Assembly (NCBI GenBank): GCA_030550175.1
Contig: JAUQPW010000004.1
Location: forward strand, 21,211-85,210
Direction: 5' to 3'
Length of the DNA: 64,000 nucleotides
From: a bacterium
Lineage (GTDB): Bacteria > Moduliflexota > Moduliflexia > Moduliflexales > JAUQPW01
The notes under the pieces were generated by a model that saw nothing but the letters and a program-made list of their open reading frames with translations, was not told the DNA's origin and ran no database searches. The position numbers were made by a program, and so were the translations under genes. Positions 9,415 through 18,307 of the stretch are shown here, in pieces. Within the stretch, counting starts at the first letter, position 1. Each line of letters opens with the position of its first letter.

Positions 9415-10200
9415 TTGAGGGTTACCATGCATCTTTATTATCAAACTTATGGAGAAGGCCATCCCTTGATCATTCTACATGGCCTTTTTGGTTCGCTGGA
9501 AAACTGGCACTCTCTAAGTAAGGTGTTTGGGGAATTTTTTAAGGTCTTCGCAGTGGATCAACGTAACCATGGTCGGTCTCCACACAGTGAAGTCATGAAC
9601 TATACCGTAATGGCCGAGGATATCCGGCAGCTTATGCAGGAGCAAAATCTTTCCTCCGCCCATGTACTGGGCCACTCCATGGGTGCTAAAACGGCTATGC
9701 AACTGGCGGTTACCTGTCCCGAAAGGGTGGATACCCTTGTGGTGGTGGACATGGCTCCCAGGGCTTATCCGCCCCATCATACGGAAATATTTAACGCCCT
9801 TTATTCGTTAAACTTAAAATCTTTCGGGACTCGTAAGGATGTAGATGAGGCCTTGACCGGAAAAATCCCGGACTTTTCTACCCGCCAATTCCTGCTTAAA
9901 AATTTAATACCCGATAAATCCGGCGGTTTTCGATGGAGAATAAATCTGGATGCTATTTATCGAAACTATGACGAACTCCTCAAGGGGATAGAGACAAACC
10001 GAAAGTTTGAGAAGCCGACCCTGTTCATCAAGGGTGGAAATTCTCCCTACATCCAGGATGAAGATCTATCACTCATCCGAAAAATTTTTCCCCTGGCTAA
10101 AATCCGGGTTGTGGAAGGTGTAGGACATTGGGTTCATGCAGAGGCTCCCCGGGAGTTTTCTAAAATTGTTTTAGATTTTTTGGAGGAAAACAACCTATGA
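9415..10200 (+). CDS. Alpha/beta-hydrolase fold esterase (YbfF-like)
   Basis: HGLFGS oxyanion region, GHSMG nucleophile elbow, and a C-terminal GHWVHAE His motif. Its stop overlaps the next gene (ATGA). Confidence 0.75.
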   Translation: MRVTMHLYYQTYGEGHPLIILHGLFGSLENWHSLSKVFGEFFKVFAVDQRNHGRSPHSEVMNYTVMAEDIRQLMQEQNLSSAHVLGHSMGAKTAMQLAVTCPERVDTLVVVDMAPRAYPPHHTEIFNALYSLNLKSFGTRKDVDEALTGKIPDFSTRQFLLKNLIPDKSGGFRWRINLDAIYRNYDELLKGIETNRKFEKPTLFIKGGNSPYIQDEDLSLIRKIFPLAKIRVVEGVGHWVHAEAPREFSKIVLDFLEENNL

Positions 10201-10652
10201 AAATACTATCCGGCCTTAAAGAACTCAAGGACTACGTTGGAAAAGAAATCGGAGTATCGGAATGGTTCGAGATAACCCAAGATCGCATCAATGCCTTTGC
10301 CGATGTTACTGGGGATCATCAGTGGATCCATGTTGACGTGGAGCGGGCAAAAAAGGAATCCCCCTATGGGGTACCCATCGCCCATGGTTATCTGACCCTT
10401 TCCCTGGCTCCGAAATTCATCAACGAAATCTATCGGGTGGAAGGAATCAAGCTACGGATCAATTATGGGTTAAACAAGGTTCGCTTTACAGGTCCTGTAC
10501 CTGCCGGGAGTCGGATTCGCATGCGGATCCTGCTCAGTGAACTGGAAGAGATCAAAGAAGGAGCCCGAACCCTCATGAAATTGACCTTTGAACGGGAAGG
10601 ACAGGAAAAGCCGGTTTGTGTGGCAGAAGCAATAACGTTATGGTATGTTTAA
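10197..10652 (+). CDS. MaoC-like (R)-specific enoyl-CoA hydratase / hotdog-fold protein
   Basis: FADVTGDHQWIHVD...PIAHG hotdog hydratase motif. Translationally coupled to the upstream hydrolase. Confidence 0.75.
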   Translation: MKILSGLKELKDYVGKEIGVSEWFEITQDRINAFADVTGDHQWIHVDVERAKKESPYGVPIAHGYLTLSLAPKFINEIYRVEGIKLRINYGLNKVRFTGPVPAGSRIRMRILLSELEEIKEGARTLMKLTFEREGQEKPVCVAEAITLWYV

Positions 10653-10735
10653 ATCTAACGATTTAAATGATATTAAATTTGATGGGGGCGATGTTATTTC
10701 TGAACTTATAAGAAATATTCAAAGGAGATAGGGTT

Positions 10736-11698
10736 ATGATGCGAGTTGCCATTTTAGATGATTACCAGGGAGTGGCCCTGAAAATGGCCGATTGGAGTGT
10801 CTTGCCAGCCGATGTCAAGATCCAGGTGTTTACCGACCATCTATCCGATGAAAATGCCGTAGCAGAACGGCTCAAGGACTTCGAAATTATTGTAGCCATG
10901 CGGGAGCGAACTCCTTTCCCGAAGACGTTACTGGAACGGCTTCCCAGGTTAAAATTACTCGTTACGACCGGAACACGAAATGCGTCCATTGATATGGAGG
11001 CGGCTGCGAAGCTGGGAATCGTGGTATCCGGTACTGGCCTGTTAATCCAGCCCACTGCGGAATTGACCTGGGGGCTTATCCTGGCCCTGCTCCGAAATAT
11101 CCCTCTTGAGGACCAGGCGGTCCGCTCAGGCCACTGGCAACTTCGAATAGGGGTAGGATTACACGGTAAGGTCCTGGGAATATTAGGCCTCGGAAAGCTC
11201 GGCTCCCAGGTAGCAGCCTTTGGAAAAGCCTTTGGGATGTCTTTACTTGCCTGGAGTCAGAACCTTACACCGGAGCGGGCCGCTCAATGTGGAGCCACCC
11301 TGGTGGGAAAAGAGGAATTGCTATCCCGTTCGGATATCGTTACCATTCATTTGGTCCTGAGTGATCGAACCCGTGGTTTGATAGGAGCTCGAGAGCTGGC
11401 CCTCATGAAGCCAACGGCGTATCTTATAAATACTTCTCGAGGCCCCATTGTGGATGAAAAAGCCCTCATCGAAGCTTTAGAAAAAGGAACTATTGCCGGA
11501 GCAGCCCTGGATGTCTTCGACATAGAACCTCTGCCTCTGGATCACCCCTTCAGACGATTAAAAAATACCGTCATCACGCCCCATATCGGATATGTAACTA
11601 AAGAAACCTATGAAGTATTCTTTGGAGACGCCGTAGAAGATATTCAGGCTTTCCTGGCCGGTAAACCCATCAGGGTACTTAATGCTCCTAAAGCCTAA
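10736..11698 (+). CDS. D-isomer-specific 2-hydroxyacid dehydrogenase family (NAD-binding)
   Basis: GKVLGILGLGKLGSQVA Rossmann motif and a C-terminal catalytic region (RGPIVDE..., HIGY). Length 320 aa. Confidence 0.8.
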   Translation: MMRVAILDDYQGVALKMADWSVLPADVKIQVFTDHLSDENAVAERLKDFEIIVAMRERTPFPKTLLERLPRLKLLVTTGTRNASIDMEAAAKLGIVVSGTGLLIQPTAELTWGLILALLRNIPLEDQAVRSGHWQLRIGVGLHGKVLGILGLGKLGSQVAAFGKAFGMSLLAWSQNLTPERAAQCGATLVGKEELLSRSDIVTIHLVLSDRTRGLIGARELALMKPTAYLINTSRGPIVDEKALIEALEKGTIAGAALDVFDIEPLPLDHPFRRLKNTVITPHIGYVTKETYEVFFGDAVEDIQAFLAGKPIRVLNAPKA

Positions 11699-11766
11699 AA
11701 ATCAGGCTGTCCCACCTATTAAAGTGACTTGAGTATCCGTATCCATTTAGTAGGCGGAAAAAGAAA

Positions 11767-11821
11767 CACCCCCCTGGCCCCCCCTCCCCTCCCCCCGTAT
11801 ACGGGGGGGGCCAGGGGGGTG
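11767..11821 (+). terminator. Long perfect GC hairpin (13-bp outer stem CACCCCCCTGGCC / GGCCAGGGGGGTG) downstream of the 2-hydroxyacid dehydrogenase gene. Possible intrinsic terminator lacking a clear U-tract.
   Basis: Inverted repeat read directly in the sequence, with C-rich interior and loop GTATAC. Confidence 0.3.
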
Positions 11822-11915
11822 TTCAGACAGAAAAAGTGACACCTACTAAATTGTTATAGTTACGTGACTTGAAATCTACCTTGACGTTCTATCAATTTTA
11901 ACATATCGTTGAAGT

Positions 11916-14336
11916 ATGATTACGATTAATAAACAATTTAATCTGGTTTTTGACGAAAGCCTTATCCAGATCTCGAATACCCGGAAGTTTCCTTTTAAAT
12001 GTGTCCTCAGTTTCTCACCCTTTATAGACTTCTGGAGTCAGACCGGATCTCGGAATCAGGCCTTTAAGGCTCCCCTTATTAAAAAAGTTCGAGAAGAATT
12101 AGAGAAGGTACCTGAGTTATTAGGCCCCATTGAAGATCTCTCGATCCTCGAGAAGCACAAAGAACTCATCGATATGCTGATGACCCTGGTTTTTCCACCT
12201 GCTTTTTGGGATCGAGATTATCTGGCGGCTCTTATTCCCTATCACTTCCGGATTTTCTATGCCACGCTTTCTTTTGAGCGGTTTCTGATGGAAAACAGGA
12301 ACTTCATCGGACGGACACACTTAGATGAGCGGGCCATGACCTATGGAACCCTGTTGAAAGCCTATAGCCATATTCTCCAGAAGTTTTACAATGTAAAATT
12401 TGAGTTCGAATACCCCCTGATATTTACAACCCGAGACCCTGAAACAGGATTAGACCGTCACTTTAAATTCAATTTTGATCCACGATTTTGTGAGGTAAGA
12501 AAAGTCGGAGTAGTCAAACCCCTGACCGATGAGGAAAAAAAATACCTCTTCAATAACCTGACGAACTTAAAGACCTGGATGGAACTTATACCCCCTGAAA
12601 ATTTTGAATTTCACGGCTTTACGGTCATCACGGCTACCGATGTCACAGATCAAGAGGTTCTCTCGTCTTTAAAGCGGGATTTGATAGATAGGGAATCTAT
12701 TGTCTCCAGTAAAAAATTCCGCAGCCTGCAAGAAAAACTAAGGACACTCCTCAGGTTGCCGGATCTGGTGTTGGGACTTGCAGCTATCCAGGGGGATCAG
12801 GTATTTCTGATTAATTATGGGCGTAAACTCGAAAAATGCTGTATCTTCTCCGATTCCCAACATTTTAAAACTTCTGACTTTGCCGGTTCTATCTATGAAC
12901 GCTCGGTTAAACAGGGAAATTTGCTGATCATTGAAGATCTTGTAACTTATCCCCATCGCTCGCCAGTCGAAGATCAGATCCTCGCTCAAGGGATCCGAAG
13001 CATGATCGTTGCGCCTCTCTACTATCAGGATAAACTGATCGGGACCCTGGAATTGGGATCCCCGAACCCCGGAGGACTGAATGCCTTAAATGCCCTGAAG
13101 TTAGGGGAGGTTCTTCCTTTATTTTCTGTGGCCGTTAATCGAAGTATGGAAGAGCTAGATAATCGTGTCCAGGCCATTATCAAGAAAAAGTATACAGCCA
13201 TCCATCCTTCGGTAGATTGGCGTTTTCGAAAAGCTGTTCTTAATTATATTGAGAAACGTAATCGGGGTATTCACGAGGAAATAGAGCAGATTGTATTTGA
13301 TAACGTTTATCCCTTATTTGGCGCTACAGATATTCGTGGCTCCTCTACGCAGCGTAATACAGCGATTCAGGCTGATTTAATTGAGCACCTGACGCTGGTC
13401 AGAGAAATTATTCTCCTGGCGGCGAGTTATAAATCCCTTCCTATTCTCGATGAACTTGTTTATCGGATCAATAACAAAATAGCAAAAGTAGAAGCGAGTC
13501 TGGGCTCCGGGGATGAAATCACTTTACTTGATTTCTTACGTCGGGAAGTCGAGCCTCTGTTCGATACCTTGAAAGATTTCGGTCCGGGTATCCAGGATAA
13601 AATTCAGGCTTATCGGTCTGCCCTGGATCCCCAATTGGGAATTATCTATCGTAGGCGGAAGGATTTTGAAGAAAGTGTTGCCCGAATCAACGATACCATC
13701 TCAGATTATCTCGATGAAGAAGAAGAAAAAGCCCAGGCTATGTTTCCCCATTATTTTGAAAAACATAAAACAGATGGTGTGGATCACGGCATTTATATCG
13801 GTGCTTCCCTGGTTGAGGATGGGAAATTCGATTTACTTTATCTGAAAAATCTTCGCCTCTGGCAACTTATGACCGTCTGTGGGATAGCCAGGAAAACCGA
13901 AGAGTTAAAAGGAAGTTTGAAGCTTCCTTTAGAAACAACTCATTTGATTCTGGTCCAGAATATGCCTATGTCTATTCGGTTCCGCATCGATGAAAAGCAA
14001 TTCGATGTGGATGGGGCCTACAATATCCGATACGAAATTGTGAAGAAGCGCATTGATAAAGCCACGATTAAAGGTAGGGATGAGCGGTTAACTCAACCCG
14101 GTAAGATCGCCATCGTTTATTCTCAACCTAAAGAAGCTCAGGAATATCGACAATATATCGACTATCTCCGGGACTCCGGTTATCTGACCGGTGAAGTAGA
14201 AGATTTGGAGTTGGAGGATCTTCAAGGTATCCAGGGGTTAAGGGCCTTACGGGTTATGGTAAATCTTCAAACATCCCTTCAAGGGCAAGATATCCTGCAG
14301 GAAGAAGGAAGAGGTGCGCTACAACCCGTAAATTAA
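11916..14336 (+). CDS. GAF domain-containing protein, 806 aa, function unknown
   Basis: Central GAF-like segment (...IRSMIVAPLYYQDKLIGTLELGSP...). Long flanking regions lack recognisable catalytic motifs. Confidence 0.55.
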   Translation: MITINKQFNLVFDESLIQISNTRKFPFKCVLSFSPFIDFWSQTGSRNQAFKAPLIKKVREELEKVPELLGPIEDLSILEKHKELIDMLMTLVFPPAFWDRDYLAALIPYHFRIFYATLSFERFLMENRNFIGRTHLDERAMTYGTLLKAYSHILQKFYNVKFEFEYPLIFTTRDPETGLDRHFKFNFDPRFCEVRKVGVVKPLTDEEKKYLFNNLTNLKTWMELIPPENFEFHGFTVITATDVTDQEVLSSLKRDLIDRESIVSSKKFRSLQEKLRTLLRLPDLVLGLAAIQGDQVFLINYGRKLEKCCIFSDSQHFKTSDFAGSIYERSVKQGNLLIIEDLVTYPHRSPVEDQILAQGIRSMIVAPLYYQDKLIGTLELGSPNPGGLNALNALKLGEVLPLFSVAVNRSMEELDNRVQAIIKKKYTAIHPSVDWRFRKAVLNYIEKRNRGIHEEIEQIVFDNVYPLFGATDIRGSSTQRNTAIQADLIEHLTLVREIILLAASYKSLPILDELVYRINNKIAKVEASLGSGDEITLLDFLRREVEPLFDTLKDFGPGIQDKIQAYRSALDPQLGIIYRRRKDFEESVARINDTISDYLDEEEEKAQAMFPHYFEKHKTDGVDHGIYIGASLVEDGKFDLLYLKNLRLWQLMTVCGIARKTEELKGSLKLPLETTHLILVQNMPMSIRFRIDEKQFDVDGAYNIRYEIVKKRIDKATIKGRDERLTQPGKIAIVYSQPKEAQEYRQYIDYLRDSGYLTGEVEDLELEDLQGIQGLRALRVMVNLQTSLQGQDILQEEGRGALQPVN

Positions 14337-14384
14337 ATAGGGCTGTAATCGCAGGTTATTCCTCTATGCATCAAGTTAGGGATT

Positions 14385-14660
14385 AGACCTGGGGTCTGGA
14401 CACACCTAATCCCCCTTATCCCCCTTTTTAGGAGTAGTTTTTTCTAACTTAATCCCCTACCCTCTTCCCGTGTCGGGAAGGGGGAACTCGGGGATTGCCT
14501 GGGTCTCCACTCTCCCCTTCCCTCACAGGGAAGGGGAGTCGGAGGGGTTAGGTTAAAAAACCTACCCTTGAAAGCCTAATCCCCTCTAGGGGGGAATTTG
14601 GTGGATAACCTTCTAAATCCCCCCTTGAGGGGGGGAAGGGGGATGTTCAGGCCGAAAATA
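14385..14660. repeat. Cluster of at least five short GC-rich hairpins sharing an AATCCCC...GGGGATT-type motif (REP/BIME-like array)
   Basis: Palindromes such as AATCCCCTACCCTCTTCCCGTGTCGGGAAGGGGGAACTCGGGGATT, CTCCCCTTCCCTCACAGGGAAGGGGAG and CCCCCCTTGAGGGGGGG read directly in the intergenic region. Confidence 0.6.
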
Positions 14661-15236
14661 AGGCTTTTCCCCTTCTTAGCTTGATGCGTATGGGATTATC
14701 CCCCTTTAATTATCAAGATAAGCAATCCTTCCCCCGTGTTTATTGGAATGATGGGTCGGGTAAAAATTTATTGAAATTTCCCTCCTTTGAAGAGTTCTTC
14801 ATGCCGGTGCAACAGGTATTTTGTCCTGTTGTCCCTCCTGTTAAAGGCAAGGAGGTGAGAGGATCCAAAGGATTGGATTCAATTGCCTCCTTGGCTTCTT
14901 CCGCGTTTTTTCTTGACATTTTCTAAGTCAAAAGTAGGATAAGACTTATCGGGTATTCCTCGAGGAGTATAACAAAACGTAAGCCCCTGCGGAATAAAAC
15001 CTACCGGAAGACAGGCTTCGGAGGACCAGTGTGGGATCATATTCTAATAGAAGGTAGTAAGTGGATTTACCTAATTAAGGCCGGAGAGTAAGGGACTATA
15101 AGCAACACAAAACTTTATCGTAAGGTAAAGTGTTAGAGATTAAAAGCCTCAGAGACATGGAGTTACAAACAATTGATAAAAGTTAAAATTTTATTGGGTA
15201 ACAGACCATGTCCTGATCAGAGGAAAGGAGGGAACG

Positions 15237-17186
15237 ATGATCCTGCTTAAAGATCTCTGGAAAAAAAGGGAAGGTAACAAACCCGGTTTACTGGAGCCCG
15301 GAATCCCTATAGTTGGGAGGTGCAAAGGAGCTGCTGCCGGGTATGCCATGGGAACCTTGAGCGTCCTTGTGATGATCATAGCAATAGTTATCGGGTTTTT
15401 CTATTCCGAAGCTGAGGCAGGTGAAGTGACTTATGAAAACCTGCTCAAGGCACATACCAACACCTCAGAATGGTTGATGTACAGCCGGACCTATGATGGT
15501 CACCGCTATGTTCCACTCAATCAAATTACACCTGCTAATGTGCATCGGCTTCGTCCTGCATGGGTGTTTACCACGGGTGGGGAGAATCGGGGTCTGGAGC
15601 TAACCCCCTTGGTTCATGATGGCGTGCTCTATATTTCAGCTGATCAATCGCGGGTATTCGCAGTTGATGCTCGCACCGGCATAAAGAAGTGGAGTTATGA
15701 CCCGAAACTATCCAAGGACGTGGAGCGTGTATATTGCTGTGGATCCAACAACCGGGGTGTGGCACTTCTTGGCAATATGGTATATGTCGGTACCCTGGAC
15801 GCGCGTCTGGTAGCCCTCAACAAAGACACCGGTGCGGTCATCTGGGAAACTAAAGTGAGCGATTGGGAACAAGGATATAGCATTACCGGCGCGCCGTTGG
15901 TGGTCAAGGATATGGTACTCACTGGTGTGGCCGGTGGCGAGTTCGGCATCCGGGGTTTTGTTAAGGCTTATGATGCGAAGACTGGTAATTTACGGTGGAC
16001 CACCTACACCATTCCTGGACCGGGTGAACCGGGGAACGAGACCTGGTCCGGAGACACCTGGAAGAACGGCGGAGGGTCAACCTGGACAACCGGCGCCTTC
16101 GATCCGGAACTCAATCTGGTTTATTGGAACACAGGCAACGCCGGGCCCTGGAACTGTCACGTCCGTCCGGGCGACAATAAATGGACTGCAGCGACCATTG
16201 CCATGGATGCCGATACCGGTAAGATCAAATGGGGCTTCCAGTATACCCCCCATGACTGTTGGGACTATGATAGCATCAGCACACCGGTACTTGCCGATGT
16301 AACCCTTGGCGGCAAGAAGGTAAAGGCCTTGATGCATTACGATAAGAACGGCTTCTTCTATGTTCTCGACCGTACAAACGGTAAATTCATCTACGGTGAA
16401 CCCATAGTTCCCGGGATTAATTGGACCTTAGGCCTGGATCCTGAGACCGGACGGCCAAAGGTGAATCCAGACATGGTAGCCCAGTCCGGTGGTCCGGAAG
16501 TTGCACCAGTTGTACCCAGCCTAGAAGGAGCCATTGACTGGCAGCCGCTGGCTTATAATCCCGACCTCAATTACATTTTCTTCCTGTCCAACGATTGGGC
16601 TATGGGTCTCAAGTTTTGGGCGGAGAACAAGTTTGCACCCCCTACGAAGGGTGAGTGGTATCTGGGCGCCGATTATCAACAGTACCTGAGGAGCGAAAAT
16701 ACCGGTAACTTTGTAGGGTTTGATGTGGTTAATAGGAAGATCGTCTGGAAGGTGACCAGTCCCGCTCCATTCTGGGCCGGTGCTGTGACAACCCAGAGCG
16801 GTCTTGTCTTTACCGGGGATATGCGAGGCTACTTCATGGCCCTCGATGCCCGCACAGGCACGGTACTCTGGCAGTTCCAGACCGGTTCCGGCATTATAGG
16901 AAGTCCTATTACCTACGAACTCGATGGAATCCAGTATGTGGTAGTACCTTCAGGAGGTATCGGCGGCGACATGATTTTCTACTACACGGAACCGAAGGCC
17001 GGTAACATCTGGGTGTTTGCCCTCGACGGAGGGGGTCCTCCCCGGGTTCCGTTCGGGTCAAATCTGGTTACTATTCCAGGTGCTCTACCCAAGGTTGGAG
17101 AACCCGGCGCTACCCTGGGGGGTAGGGTCTTGCCCGGCTACGGCTTCCCACCCACAGAAGGCTCAGAACCCATAAAAAAGGAGTAA
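15237..17186 (+). CDS. xoxF: PQQ-dependent methanol/alcohol dehydrogenase, XoxF-type (lanthanide-type active site). The real start may be the internal Met near 15348, which gives a signal peptide.
   Basis: Eight-bladed PQQ-ADH hallmarks are present: adjacent Cys-Cys (VYCCGSNNRG), W-rich propeller motifs, and PHDCWDYDSIS aligning to MxaF PHDEWDYAGVN. The DYD in place of DYA is the lanthanide-coordinating Asp signature. Confidence 0.8.
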   Translation: MILLKDLWKKREGNKPGLLEPGIPIVGRCKGAAAGYAMGTLSVLVMIIAIVIGFFYSEAEAGEVTYENLLKAHTNTSEWLMYSRTYDGHRYVPLNQITPANVHRLRPAWVFTTGGENRGLELTPLVHDGVLYISADQSRVFAVDARTGIKKWSYDPKLSKDVERVYCCGSNNRGVALLGNMVYVGTLDARLVALNKDTGAVIWETKVSDWEQGYSITGAPLVVKDMVLTGVAGGEFGIRGFVKAYDAKTGNLRWTTYTIPGPGEPGNETWSGDTWKNGGGSTWTTGAFDPELNLVYWNTGNAGPWNCHVRPGDNKWTAATIAMDADTGKIKWGFQYTPHDCWDYDSISTPVLADVTLGGKKVKALMHYDKNGFFYVLDRTNGKFIYGEPIVPGINWTLGLDPETGRPKVNPDMVAQSGGPEVAPVVPSLEGAIDWQPLAYNPDLNYIFFLSNDWAMGLKFWAENKFAPPTKGEWYLGADYQQYLRSENTGNFVGFDVVNRKIVWKVTSPAPFWAGAVTTQSGLVFTGDMRGYFMALDARTGTVLWQFQTGSGIIGSPITYELDGIQYVVVPSGGIGGDMIFYYTEPKAGNIWVFALDGGGPPRVPFGSNLVTIPGALPKVGEPGATLGGRVLPGYGFPPTEGSEPIKKE

Positions 17187-17324
17187 ATTAACTCTGCCCC
17201 GGCTTCCTTAGGAATTGAAAATAGAATTAAGTCCGGATAAATTCAGAAAAAAGCATCGGTAGCTACCCGGTCAGGGTTGGATATTAAAACTCTATCCCTG
17301 AGTCGATAAAATAGAGCTGAATCC

Positions 17325-17732
17325 ATGAGCCTGGTAGAAAAACATTTTTTGAAGAAACGGTCTGGCATAGCGCGATCCAGGGTTGGGCTTGTCGCCTTTC
17401 TCTTGCTGGTATTACCCTTGATGAAGGTCTTCGCTACCGGAGACGAACAAACCCAGGTCAATACCGCTAAAGAGCTAAAGAACCCTTATTTAGGACAAAA
17501 GGAAGCAATTGAAGAGGGTGAACGGATCTACCGCAGCCGCTGTGTGGGGTGCCATAAGAGCCGGGGCGGTTCCGGCCCCAACCTTTTTAAGACGAAGCTT
17601 ACTGATAAACAGTTCCTGGAAACTGTGATGAATGGGCGTAAAGGCACGAACATGCCCGCCTGGAGTAACTTATTTTCGATTGAGGATGTTTGGAAAGTGC
17701 ATGCTTTTGTCATGTCCCGAGACCAACTCTAA
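17325..17732 (+). CDS. Mono-haem c-type cytochrome, a candidate electron acceptor for the adjacent PQQ dehydrogenase (XoxG-like role)
   Basis: A single CVGCH haem-binding motif, an N-terminal hydrophobic signal, and a Met ligand region (GRKGTNMPAW). Confidence 0.7.
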   Translation: MSLVEKHFLKKRSGIARSRVGLVAFLLLVLPLMKVFATGDEQTQVNTAKELKNPYLGQKEAIEEGERIYRSRCVGCHKSRGGSGPNLFKTKLTDKQFLETVMNGRKGTNMPAWSNLFSIEDVWKVHAFVMSRDQL

Positions 17733-17743
17733 GGGTCTGTGCA

Positions 17744-17781
17744 CCAGGATAAGGTAAAGAAGCTTAACTCAGTTATCCTGG
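17744..17781 (+). repeat. Hairpin closed by CCAGGATAA / TTATCCTGG (9-bp stem, 20-nt loop)
   Basis: Inverted repeat read directly. It is the same stem sequence that closes the larger structured element at 17860-18000. Confidence 0.6.
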
Positions 17782-17859
17782 AGTACGGGCGTCTCACCAC
17801 CCGACCTCCTTTTCTCCCTCTCCAGAAGCTTCAGGAGAGGAGGAACAAGGGCACACGTG

Positions 17860-18000
17860 CCAGGATAAGCTGAAAAACCCCATCAGGGGTGAACCGTTGG
17901 TAGTCCCCGACGAAAGTCGGAGGATTCAGAATTTTTTCAAGCTCTCTGGCAGCGGCCTGTTAAATAGGTTGCCCCGCTGGGGTTAACCTTCTTATCCTGG
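17860..18000 (+). ncRNA. Structured repeat element A (about 141 nt) closed by a 10-bp CCAGGATAAG / CTTATCCTGG stem. Candidate ncRNA or RNA-level repeat of unknown family.
   Basis: Internal hairpins CCCCATCAGGGG, CCGACGAAAGTCGG (GAAA tetraloop) and CAGCGG...CCGCTG. A homologous copy on the minus strand at 48245-48388 carries compensatory base changes. Confidence 0.45.
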
Positions 18001-18307
18001 CCCGTAGGAGGAGTGAGGAAGTGAGGCAGACGGTCATACTCCCATCTAAGCCTTATCCTGGTGCGTATAACTCTAAGGATCGAAGGGAAGCACAGGACCT
18101 TTGTGGATCCTCCCGATTCCATGGAAGGTATCCGGGAAACTATAACCCGGTTAAGCTCTTTCCTTTCTGGCTCTGAAGAGTAGGAAGAAGGGAAAATGCC
18201 ATAGATGCAGCCATTGCCTTTGCACCCACCGTCGTGGAGCCGATGATAATCGGCATCTTTATTTGGTTCGACTCTTTTTATTCAACCTTTTGACGAAAGG
18301 AAAAACT

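Noticed and set aside
14385-14660. CRISPR array
   Set aside because: The palindromic units differ from each other in sequence and length, and the spacers are irregular and very short. No cas genes are nearby. It fits a REP/BIME-like hairpin cluster better.
14681-14926. 81-aa ORF just after the hairpin array
   Set aside because: No similarity cues and a weak start context. It overlaps the edge of the structured region, so it is likely non-coding.
17860-18000. Hammerhead or other small self-cleaving ribozyme
   Set aside because: GAAA and CUGA strings are present but not in the hammerhead core arrangement. I have no support for a known ribozyme class, so I left it as an unclassified structured element.
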